From the IMG/VR virus record IMGVR_UViG_3300030493_000012: DNA of 64,000 nt; one strand, written 5' to 3'. The translations under genes and the position numbers were made by a program. Below, in pieces: positions 56,420 to 64,000 of the stretch. Position 1 is the first letter of the stretch. The number at the start of each line of letters is the position of its first letter. A model generated the notes under the pieces. That model made no database searches, was not told the origin of the DNA, and saw nothing but the letters and a program-made list of their open reading frames with translations. The stretch comes from a virus.

Positions 56420-56698
56420 TCAAGTTTGTTCTGGCGCAAATCCGTCAATAGAAATAATATTGTAAATCTCGGTTTTCTCAATTTTGAGAATTTCAATTTT
56501 GTCTCTCAAAGTTTGATTATGCATTCGCTCTAAAAACTCTATATACTCAATAGCCGCCGCTTCGTTTAGAAAAATACTATTAACATCAATATTGGCAAGA
56601 AATCTTTCTAACGGGTTTAAGTGTGCCGTGTATTCAAACTCAAAATACTTTTCAGTATTTTTAAGGCGCAAAACATAATAAGTGGAGATTTTCGTCAT
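56420..56698 (-). CDS. Hypothetical protein
   Basis: TTGACT-17-CATCAT-6-ATG. Confidence 0.6.
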   Translation of the reverse strand: MTKISTYYVLRLKNTEKYFEFEYTAHLNPLERFLANIDVNSIFLNEAAAIEYIEFLERMHNQTLRDKIEILKIEKTEIYNIISIDGFAPEQT

Positions 56699-56733
56699 GT
56701 TCTAATGATGAATTAAAAAGATTAAGAAGTCAA

Positions 56734-56928
56734 CTATTTAATACCTAATTCCGGCAAAGAACCAACAATATTTTTCAAAACATTTCTAATTGGTTTTAAA
56801 TCAACCATTACCGCCCGAACAGCGACGTTTGGATGAACAGTAGATTTAATTACATTTTCAAGTGCTTGAACGAAAATTTTCTTTTCCGATTCTAACTGTT
56901 GAATCCGAGCTATCAAATTAGTATCCAT
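56734..56928 (-). CDS. Hypothetical protein
   Basis: True start MDTNLIA; TTGACT-17-TATTCT-6-ATG. Confidence 0.6.
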   Translation of the reverse strand: MDTNLIARIQQLESEKKIFVQALENVIKSTVHPNVAVRAVMVDLKPIRNVLKNIVGSLPELGIK

Positions 56929-57707
56929 ATTTAAAGAATAGATTTTCGTAACAAAGAAGTCAATTATAAAAAGAAATAAGAGCAAGAAAAATCAAAGCTT
57001 CCAAATCTGATACGATGGGAAAGCAACAATAAATCTCACCCTCGACTATTTTACACTTTTTAGTTATTAAAATCAATTATTTTGTTATGTTTTTCCAAGT
57101 TTTGAGTGTAAGATATTATGATACGATGGTAATAACCCAAAATATCCTCAGTTATGAGTCTGCTTGCCACTATGGCCTAAAAAGAGCAGAGAATAATGAC
57201 ATTAGAATAAGACAGGTAATTGATAGCGTGATTACTGTTAAGACAACCAAAGCCCGTAAAAAGGGTCTCCACAAACTTGCTAACATCAAGGAGGTATTTC
57301 GGGAGAACGCGCCTTCACAGTGGATGCAATCGAATAATAAATCAAATAAGATTGTTCTAAATGCTGATACCTTAAACCGACAGGGCGAAGGAACACAGTT
57401 AGAAACACAAGAACATAGGCATTGCCAGAACTTATTCTTTCAAACTAATCAGGTGAGTCTCAGAGCAAAGAGCAGAACTGAAGATACGCTACCGCGAGCC
57501 TAAAAGATACCGCGCTTGATTATTGGTTTATTTGGTAATTAGAAAAATTACTAAATGGGTTTCCTTTGCTTGTTTCCTTAACCTCCAAGGCTATAGGCGA
57601 AGAAAGCACTAAATCGAAGGCGTTAGCCGAAGATTTATTAGCGGAGCTAATTAATAAATATAAATAAATCATTTGATTAGTCCGAAAACAGAGTGTATAA
57701 TCTATTG

Positions 57708-57751
57708 AGCCTTACTAGCAACTTCGGCTGGTTTAAAAGGCTTATTTTTTT
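57708..57751 (+). ncRNA. Candidate ~44-nt hairpin small RNA
   Basis: TTGATT(57673)-17-TATAAT(57696) directly followed by a hairpin and T-run, with no ATG. Confidence 0.55.
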
Positions 57752-57859
57752 AATTAAAATTAATTCGCGCCAGCCAAATCTAATTCATGATAAGTCCAAA
57801 TACTCTCAATCATGTTGCTCTCGCTGATTGAATTAAAATTAATCTAAGAATTAGCCGCG

Positions 57860-58327
57860 TTAGCCAACATCAGCCAGTTTATAACTTCCAAGCCTCTCAA
57901 TTGTCTCAGCCTCAGACATTTGCTCTCCATTATTATAAAGATTAAAATCACAACCTTTACAGCCACCAAGAACATATTTGTTTGAGCCTTCAACTGAAAT
58001 AGGAACAATAAAACTTTTTTTGTTTGAATAATAATACCTCTTACCAACCTCAATTTTTGGTTTGTTCAGTTTTTCCAAGATAGAATCAATGTTGGAAAGT
58101 TCCGAAAATTCAACTAAATGGAAATCTTCTGGGGCATTGAAGGTTGCATTTATATAAGTAGGATAATAATAAACAATTGGATAAGCATTAATACATACGT
58201 TTTTAATTGTATCTTCCAAGATGATTTCCGAAATTTTACAGCCAATTTTAGAGGCCAAAAAATAAAGCGCGGCCAGTTTTTCAGCCTGATTGTTTGTCTT
58301 AATAGCGATATTCTTAATAGTAATCAT
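57860..58327 (-). CDS. Hypothetical protein, paralog pair member
   Basis: NNQAEKLAALYFLA motif. Confidence 0.7.
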   Translation of the reverse strand: MITIKNIAIKTNNQAEKLAALYFLASKIGCKISEIILEDTIKNVCINAYPIVYYYPTYINATFNAPEDFHLVEFSELSNIDSILEKLNKPKIEVGKRYYYSNKKSFIVPISVEGSNKYVLGGCKGCDFNLYNNGEQMSEAETIERLGSYKLADVG

Positions 58328-58385
58328 AGTTTTGTGGTTTAATCTATAGTCAAATAATACATTTTCGTGCTAATGAAGTCAAGGT

Positions 58386-58805
58386 TTAATTAGCGTCAAG
58401 CGAAAGTTTAGCCTTATACAATTCCTCAAGCACAGAGATAGGAAAACTTTGGCATCCTACAACCACCTTATCTTTGTAAACTTTAGCTGTATGTTCTTTG
58501 TTGAGAACAACTTCCACAAACTTTAACGCTAAATAAGAATCAAAGTTTTTGAGGTCAGAAAACTTCACAATTGTTATATCGTGGCCAACGTCAGAACAGG
58601 TAGCGGTAACAATTTCGCCACTAATATAAACATAAGGATGTTGCATTACCAGACTATTATTGGCAAGAGTATTTTTCAGAACAATATCTGAAATCTTACA
58701 GCCCGACTTTGCTGCCAAAAAGTACAAAGCCGCCAGTTTTTCAGCTTGGTTATTTATTTTAATGCGAATATTGCTGTATTTATTGTTCATATTTTTGGTG
58801 TTCAC
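58386..58805 (-). CDS. Hypothetical protein, paralog pair member
   Basis: NNQAEKLAALYFLA motif; C-terminal VVVGCQSF. Confidence 0.7.
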   Translation of the reverse strand: MNTKNMNNKYSNIRIKINNQAEKLAALYFLAAKSGCKISDIVLKNTLANNSLVMQHPYVYISGEIVTATCSDVGHDITIVKFSDLKNFDSYLALKFVEVVLNKEHTAKVYKDKVVVGCQSFPISVLEELYKAKLSLDAN

Positions 58806-59030
58806 GATTTGTTACTATTAAGAGTATTGATTAAAAAGGATTAATTGTCAATCTTTATCTACATTAAATTCAACAATTTCAGAAAGCCCAACAACACAAG
58901 AGTCGCCATTTTCCAACCAAAAGTTCATATAACCTTGGCTCCATTCTAAATTAATAATTTTAAATTGCTCGCTGGTTTTGTCTGTATAGTAAATAGTTAG
59001 TGTCATAATCAAATTATTGATTTTCGGAAC

Positions 59031-59441
59031 TTAATTGTCAATCTTTTTAACCAATTTCACGCCATCACAAAACACTGTTTTCCAAGGGCAATTAACAACA
59101 ATATTAGATTGATTAGTAAGAATAGTCTCGTTATTCCAAAATTCTATGATTATGCTTAAACGACTATTGTTACTCATTTTTCTCCCAATAACAGGATTCA
59201 AAACTTCGCACTCATAAATCCTAAGTTTTTCCATATTTCCGCAATAAGACATTGCCTCTGAAAAATCCGCAAAAACAAATAGTTTGGATTTTTTTAGCTT
59301 GGGGTAAACAAATTCATTTAATTTATATTCTACAACCAGAGAACTATCGGCAGTCCAAGAAGACCATAAACAATTATCAGAAGACTCAAAGACAACTTTG
59401 TAGTATTTTGTATTGCTCTCGCTAGTTGTGTTGTTTTCCAT
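59031..59441 (-). CDS. Hypothetical protein
   Basis: True start MENNTT; TTGATT-17-TATTCT-6-ATG. Confidence 0.65.
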   Translation of the reverse strand: MENNTTSESNTKYYKVVFESSDNCLWSSWTADSSLVVEYKLNEFVYPKLKKSKLFVFADFSEAMSYCGNMEKLRIYECEVLNPVIGRKMSNNSRLSIIIEFWNNETILTNQSNIVVNCPWKTVFCDGVKLVKKIDN

Positions 59442-59516
59442 AATCAAAGAATAGACTTTAAAAGCGGCCAAATCAAGTATTATTTATTGTAAACTTTTAT
59501 AAACAAACCAAAACTA

Positions 59517-59702
59517 TTATTTAGTTCCGAAAAGTTCTGGCCGTCGCTGTTTTGCATCACAGCCACAATCAAAGCCATTAGCAAAAGCTTTGGCTAGTTG
59601 CTCGGCATTGTGTTCGCCATAATAATCAAAACCATAAGACTCAAGTTTAATATCGTTAATATAAACAGCGTAGCAATATGTTTCGCGTTTGATTTTTGTC
59701 AT
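59517..59702 (-). CDS. Hypothetical protein
   Basis: TTGACA-17-TATCTT-6-ATG. Confidence 0.6.
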   Translation of the reverse strand: MTKIKRETYCYAVYINDIKLESYGFDYYGEHNAEQLAKAFANGFDCGCDAKQRRPELFGTK

Positions 59703-59891
59703 AATTAAAAGATAGAGTAAATGAACAATGATGTCAATTCTTTTTAGCTCGCTTCTTGGCCTTCTTTTTAAGCTTAGATTCTTTCATTAAGTGTTGATAA
59801 TAAGCATCTAACATCCAAGAGTATGATTGATTTTTTGTCATGGTTTTAGATTAAGTTAAATATACACAGGAGTCAACATAAATTTTGAATC

Positions 59892-60005
59892 ACGACCTAT
59901 TAAGTCGTTATTTGATTATTTCGGAATGACGACTAATTTAGTGTGTGTTTGAGTTTGGAATGACGACCAATCAAGTCGTTATTAAACCACGACCATTTTA
60001 GTCGT
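59892..60005. repeat. Cluster of ACGAC-N7-GTCGT palindromes
   Basis: Perfect copies at 59892, 59963 and 59989; half-degenerate copy at 59929. Confidence 0.75.
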
Positions 60006-60451
60006 ATTTCGGCGGAAAAGAGCGAGTTTCGACAGCCTCAATCAAATAACCTAAATAACCAATTTCAATCATTCTTTATATGTATGTTATGGCTAATCTT
60101 AACTCAATCTGTGAATCTGAAAGTCTCTCTTTATTTGTAAGTCTCTCAAAACCAAATATTTATATTTATTTTTAACCAATCTTAAAATTGTATTTTAGCC
60201 TATGTATTATCCTTATAACCGGCTCAATTTCTTATGCTACGAAAATCAAAACCAAATTAGCACGAAAATCAATTTTGTCAAAAATAAGAAACACTCTCTG
60301 TCTTATATTTAATGTCTTCAATTAGCTAGACTATAATCTTACTTAGCCCCGGCAAGGCTGTTTGTAATGCTCAATAGTCCGAAAATGATTAGTCCGAAAA
60401 GCCTCGGCCAGCTAGTTTTTACTAGTACGAAAAGAGAAAAAAAGAATTATA

Positions 60452-61210
60452 TTAATTTGTTTTCAGTCTATTAATTATAATCTCATAATACTTTTGTTCC
60501 TTCTCAATTCCAATAAAATTTCGATTAAGATTTTTAGCCGCAACCAATGTTGAGCCAGAACCGGCGCAGTTATCCAAAACTAAGTCGCCTTCATTTGAAT
60601 AGGTCTTAATTAGATATTCTAATAAATCCACAGGTTTTTGCGAAGGATGCAATGTTCCTAATCTGTTTGGAATACTGGCAAACTTCTTAATTGAAGTAGG
60701 ATTCCTTAATAAAGATATTTGTTTTAATGAGTCTTGTTTTTCAAGCCCGGTTGTAGATTCTCCATGATTGCGATAAGAACCAAAATTTTTACCAGTGGCA
60801 AATCTAGCCTTCGATTTCTCTGTGAAGCCTTCTCTTTCTTCTTGTATTGCATTAAACGCACCATGATAAAAGACAGAAACGATTTCATGATTTCTCATTG
60901 GCTGCTTTTTTGATAAAGCAATTCCACTTGGTTTAGACTTATGCCAAATCCAGTCGTATCGGAAATTCTTAATATTGCTCATTCTCAAATACGAAGAAAA
61001 TGGCTCGCTCCCGAAAAGTGCAATAACACAAGAATCTTTTCTTATTCTAATATATTCTGGCCATAATTTTTCAAAAGGAATTATAATATCCCAAGAATTT
61101 GAAGTTGAGCCATAAGGAAGGTCGCAGATAATTAAATCAATTGATTTATCATCAATTTCTTTCATCTTTTCAAGGCAGTCAGCACAGTAAACTTGATTAA
61201 TTTCTAACAT
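60452..61210 (-). CDS. Orphan beta-class N6/N4 DNA methyltransferase
   Basis: DLIICDLPYG (motif IV) before HPSQKP...VLDNCAGSGST (motif I); no cognate nuclease adjacent. Confidence 0.9.
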   Translation of the reverse strand: MLEINQVYCADCLEKMKEIDDKSIDLIICDLPYGSTSNSWDIIIPFEKLWPEYIRIRKDSCVIALFGSEPFSSYLRMSNIKNFRYDWIWHKSKPSGIALSKKQPMRNHEIVSVFYHGAFNAIQEEREGFTEKSKARFATGKNFGSYRNHGESTTGLEKQDSLKQISLLRNPTSIKKFASIPNRLGTLHPSQKPVDLLEYLIKTYSNEGDLVLDNCAGSGSTLVAAKNLNRNFIGIEKEQKYYEIIINRLKTN

Positions 61211-61457
61211 ATTTTATTTCAAAATACTTTCTTAAATGGTAAGCATAAGCTATTCTTTTTATTCTTAGTCTATAACTTTTCTCCCATTCTTCTGGTGCTT
61301 GCAAGATTGAATGAATTTTAGAGGCAAAATCCGCCGCTCTATCATAATAACAAAAAGGAATAAACCTACCATGATTAGCCTCAGAAAGAGCAATTTCCCA
61401 GTATTCAGAGAAAGTTAGCTTTTCTGGACTATAAATAAACAATTCTTTTTTATCCAT
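61197..61457 (-). CDS. Hypothetical protein
   Basis: 86 aa. Confidence 0.55.
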   Translation of the reverse strand: MDKKELFIYSPEKLTFSEYWEIALSEANHGRFIPFCYYDRAADFASKIHSILQAPEEWEKSYRLRIKRIAYAYHLRKYFEIKYVRN

Positions 61458-61833
61458 ATTAATCCTCTAATCCTAATGCTAGACTAAAACCTTCATTCAA
61501 GATTTCTTGAACTACGGACTCAGGAATATTGTGTTTGGCGGCTAACTCTTTGACCTTTTCGGCAATTTGTTCGGTTAAGTTCATGATTTAATTATTCGCT
61601 TTATTGCGTTTAATGTCAAGATTTAGTTACGAAAAGCCGCTCGTTAGTCAGTTAAAGCCATAAAAACATAATACGGCCACGCCAAAACTCGCTTCAAAAA
61701 GTATTTTCGGAAAGTCCAAAACTGATTAAATTTAATTAGCCCGAAAACAAAAGGCAATATTCCGAAAAGCCCACCAATGCCAAAATAAATAATTGGAATA
61801 AGAATTAAATCATCCATAAATCAGTAGTTTGTT

Positions 61834-62052
61834 TTAACTCATCCGATAGATAGTCCAACCAAAACCATTTTTATTCCATCGTTTTTTGTGCCAATCAATA
61901 TGCACAATTTCGAGCAAAACTTCTAGTCCCAAGATATTTAGACCGAAAATAATATTGTAATAATCCCAATGGCAAGTAGCACTAAACCACTCTGAATTAT
62001 TGTAATGTCCGGTCAAGGCCCAAGGCCACTTTGGATTGTGAAAGATTGTCAT
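61834..62052 (-). CDS. Hypothetical aromatic-rich protein
   Basis: TTGACA-17-TAGACT-6-ATG. Confidence 0.6.
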   Translation of the reverse strand: MTIFHNPKWPWALTGHYNNSEWFSATCHWDYYNIIFGLNILGLEVLLEIVHIDWHKKRWNKNGFGWTIYRMS

Positions 62053-62095
62053 GTTTTTAGTCTATGTTAAACAAACAACGATGTCAATCATAATT

Positions 62096-62305
62096 TTATT
62101 CAACCAGCCTCAAATATTCCACGTTGGCCAAAATACAAGAGACATAAATAGTCTCATTTTGATTCCAAAACCCCTCGTCTAGTCTCACAACAACTGGCTT
62201 AATCGCAGTATCGCTCAACTCAATTGGCGAGCTAATAATAGTTCCAACTGTGTTTTGTGCAATATTAATTCTTACCTTGTCGCCAATTTTCAAATTTACC
62301 TTCAT
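62096..62305 (-). CDS. Small KOW/SH3-like protein
   Basis: LKIGDKVRI...VGTI; TTGACA-17-AATTAT-6-ATG. Confidence 0.6.
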   Translation of the reverse strand: MKVNLKIGDKVRINIAQNTVGTIISSPIELSDTAIKPVVVRLDEGFWNQNETIYVSCILANVEYLRLVE

Positions 62306-62344
62306 GCTTTAATAATTAACTTTTCGTCACTAAATGTCAAACGT

Positions 62345-62581
62345 TTATTCTGGCTTAATCAACCATTCTTTAATCTGCTCATGGCTAACACCATAAAGAC
62401 CGTCATGCTGTGTCAACATATACTTGATAGTGCCAATCAGCATATCAGGCTCGCAAAAATCATCTGGATATTCCAAGTCGCCCAAAATATCAGAATAAAA
62501 CTCAAAGGTTTCTTTTTTAGACCAGTTCTTTTCAATAGCCTTGGCTGCAACTGTTTTAGAAATGTCAAAATGTTGGCTCAT
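62345..62581 (-). CDS. Hypothetical acidic protein
   Basis: 78 aa. Confidence 0.55.
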   Translation of the reverse strand: MSQHFDISKTVAAKAIEKNWSKKETFEFYSDILGDLEYPDDFCEPDMLIGTIKYMLTQHDGLYGVSHEQIKEWLIKPE

Positions 62582-62590
62582 AAGTTTTGT

Positions 62591-62785
62591 TTATTCTATA
62601 ACCTCGCCTTCGTGAATAAAAGACTTAAGGTGTTTGTCTATATCTACTTTGTCTGAATAATTCTTTTTAAGATAAGCTAATTCACCGTCCAAAAGATAAT
62701 TAGTTGCCAATTCTTTGGTTTTAAAAATTTTGTCAACCACCGCGCAGTTGTAACCGTCAGTTGTATAAGTAAAGTAAACTTTCAT
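62591..62785 (-). CDS. Hypothetical protein
   Basis: 64 aa. Confidence 0.55.
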   Translation of the reverse strand: MKVYFTYTTDGYNCAVVDKIFKTKELATNYLLDGELAYLKKNYSDKVDIDKHLKSFIHEGEVIE

Positions 62786-62791
62786 AGTTTA

Positions 62792-63034
62792 TCACTCAAG
62801 CCTGTTTTTAATAGCATCCTCAATCTTATTCCATTCTTTTGAACAAAAATCGCCAAAAAACTCAGGATGGTTACGATGAATTTCTAAAAATACCTCTCTC
62901 AATTCTGGACAAGTACCATAGATATGGCCGGTAATTATTGCCGTATTCAAAACGGCCAAAAATTCCTTAGCCAGTTGGCCTGAAAAACGAACGTCAAATT
63001 CTACTTCCATTGTTTTTTTAATGTTTTTAACCAT
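62792..63034 (-). CDS. Hypothetical protein
   Basis: 80 aa. Confidence 0.55.
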   Translation of the reverse strand: MVKNIKKTMEVEFDVRFSGQLAKEFLAVLNTAIITGHIYGTCPELREVFLEIHRNHPEFFGDFCSKEWNKIEDAIKNRLE

Positions 63035-63049
63035 AATTTTAGAATAGTC

Positions 63050-63277
63050 TTAAAGACCGCCAAAGTCAAGTTTTCCTTTATTGTCCATTATGATTTTTAG
63101 CTCTGTGACATGACAACCCTGTTTGTGGCCACAGATATAAGATTTAGCCTCTCTTTCCGACAAGGCACAATAATATTCAATGCCATCAATCAAAACCATG
63201 AAGAAATTATTATCTTGTTTTATTTCGTATTTCATTTTAATCAAAGAAACCGCCTTTTTGCTTGTGCCTGCAAACAT
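63050..63277 (-). CDS. Hypothetical protein
   Basis: True start probably MKYEIKQ. Confidence 0.5.
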   Translation of the reverse strand: MFAGTSKKAVSLIKMKYEIKQDNNFFMVLIDGIEYYCALSEREAKSYICGHKQGCHVTELKIIMDNKGKLDFGGL

Positions 63278-63507
63278 AGCACAGCAAACTAATTAGCGCG
63301 AATAATCCAATGACCAAAAGAAAATTCATCTTATTTATTCTTAGAATCAAAACTCAACACAACACACTTCAAATTCGTCATATCAAGCCACCAACCCGGC
63401 TCAACCATATTTTCATTACCAACCGTAATTTTGTCAATTTCGGCAATTCTGGTAATAATTTCGGCCTTTAGTTCTTCAAATTTCTGGTGTGGAATTTCGT
63501 TCATAAA

Positions 63508-63720
63508 TTAAGATTCACTAAAATTTCTGGACTCTACCAAATAAATATTGCGAAAAGAACCTTTGTTTTTTGCGCTCTTTCTCATTAGTTCATAATGAAA
63601 CGAAAAAGCCTCTCCAAAATCCAAAAATCCTCGGCAATTTCTTTCTCGCCAATAATCGCCATCTTCACTTCCGATAGTCGGCCATTCATATTCATCGTAA
63701 ATAACAAAGTATTTATACAT
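63508..63720 (-). CDS. Hypothetical protein
   Basis: TTGACA-17-TAATCT-6-ATG. Confidence 0.65.
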   Translation of the reverse strand: MYKYFVIYDEYEWPTIGSEDGDYWRERNCRGFLDFGEAFSFHYELMRKSAKNKGSFRNIYLVESRNFSES

Positions 63721-63755
63721 AATTAAAGATTAGGCTTAAGTTACGAAAATGTCAA

Positions 63756-63977
63756 CTAAATTAAATTTAAATACGAATCCAAAGTTTTCTGAATTTCAAA
63801 AACATTACCAGTTCCAAAACTATCAGCCGGAAAAATCTGTTTTTCGTTCATAATAATCAAAATACCTTTCAATTTGCGGCCACATAAATAACTTGCAATA
63901 TTGCTAGTTTTTGCAAAGTGTTTAAGCGTCATGTCGTTTTTGTTAATAACAAAGAAAGGAAAGGTTTTGCTGTTCAT
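63756..63977 (-). CDS. Hypothetical protein
   Basis: 73 aa at window end. Confidence 0.55.
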   Translation of the reverse strand: MNSKTFPFFVINKNDMTLKHFAKTSNIASYLCGRKLKGILIIMNEKQIFPADSFGTGNVFEIQKTLDSYLNLI

Positions 63978-64000
63978 AATTTTTAAGATTCGCTAAATTT

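Noticed and set aside
44274-59423. TTGCTCTCGCT as a boxA antitermination site
   Set aside because: It resembles TGCTCT, but it occurs in both orientations and at a fixed DNA distance upstream of -35 elements, which fits a DNA-binding site better. Not fully excluded.
1-64000. CRISPR array, tRNA/tmRNA, diversity-generating retroelement, integrase
   Set aside because: No regularly spaced repeat-spacer units, T-loop/acceptor-stem pattern, RT motifs or recombinase motifs were seen by eye; tRNAscan and CRISPR tools were not run.
1-64000. Stop-codon reassignment
   Set aside because: Long genes are uninterrupted in the standard code, and TAA, TAG and TGA all terminate genes at sensible places.

Overview
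A 64-kb AT-rich segment of a large tailed dsDNA phage (Caudoviricetes, siphovirus-like morphogenesis genes), read in the standard genetic code. 1-35.5 kb (minus strand) is the late module: tape measure (runs off the window), head-tail joining genes, two tail-tube paralogs, tail fibres, major capsid, decoration protein, protease/scaffold, portal, terminase, ERCC4-type nuclease, a sigma-like factor, PhoH and three free-standing endonucleases. 35.6-39.7 kb (plus strand) holds five YopX paralogs. 39.7-40.8 kb is non-coding. 40.8-64 kb (minus strand) is a dense array of small accessory genes plus a GIY-YIG endonuclease, a lysozyme-like gene and an orphan methyltransferase. The most striking signal is regulatory. 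About 30 genes follow one geometry (TTGACA-like -35, 17 bp, -10, 6 bp, ATG), which predicts leaderless mRNAs. An 11-bp box (TTGCTCTCGCT) recurs about 61 bp upstream of several predicted start sites. An RGTGTAA motif precedes late genes. There is also a cluster of ACGAC-N7-GTCGT palindromes and several candidate ncRNAs. No tRNA, rRNA, CRISPR array, RT or integrase was seen. Family assignments are from motif recognition by eye, not database searches.
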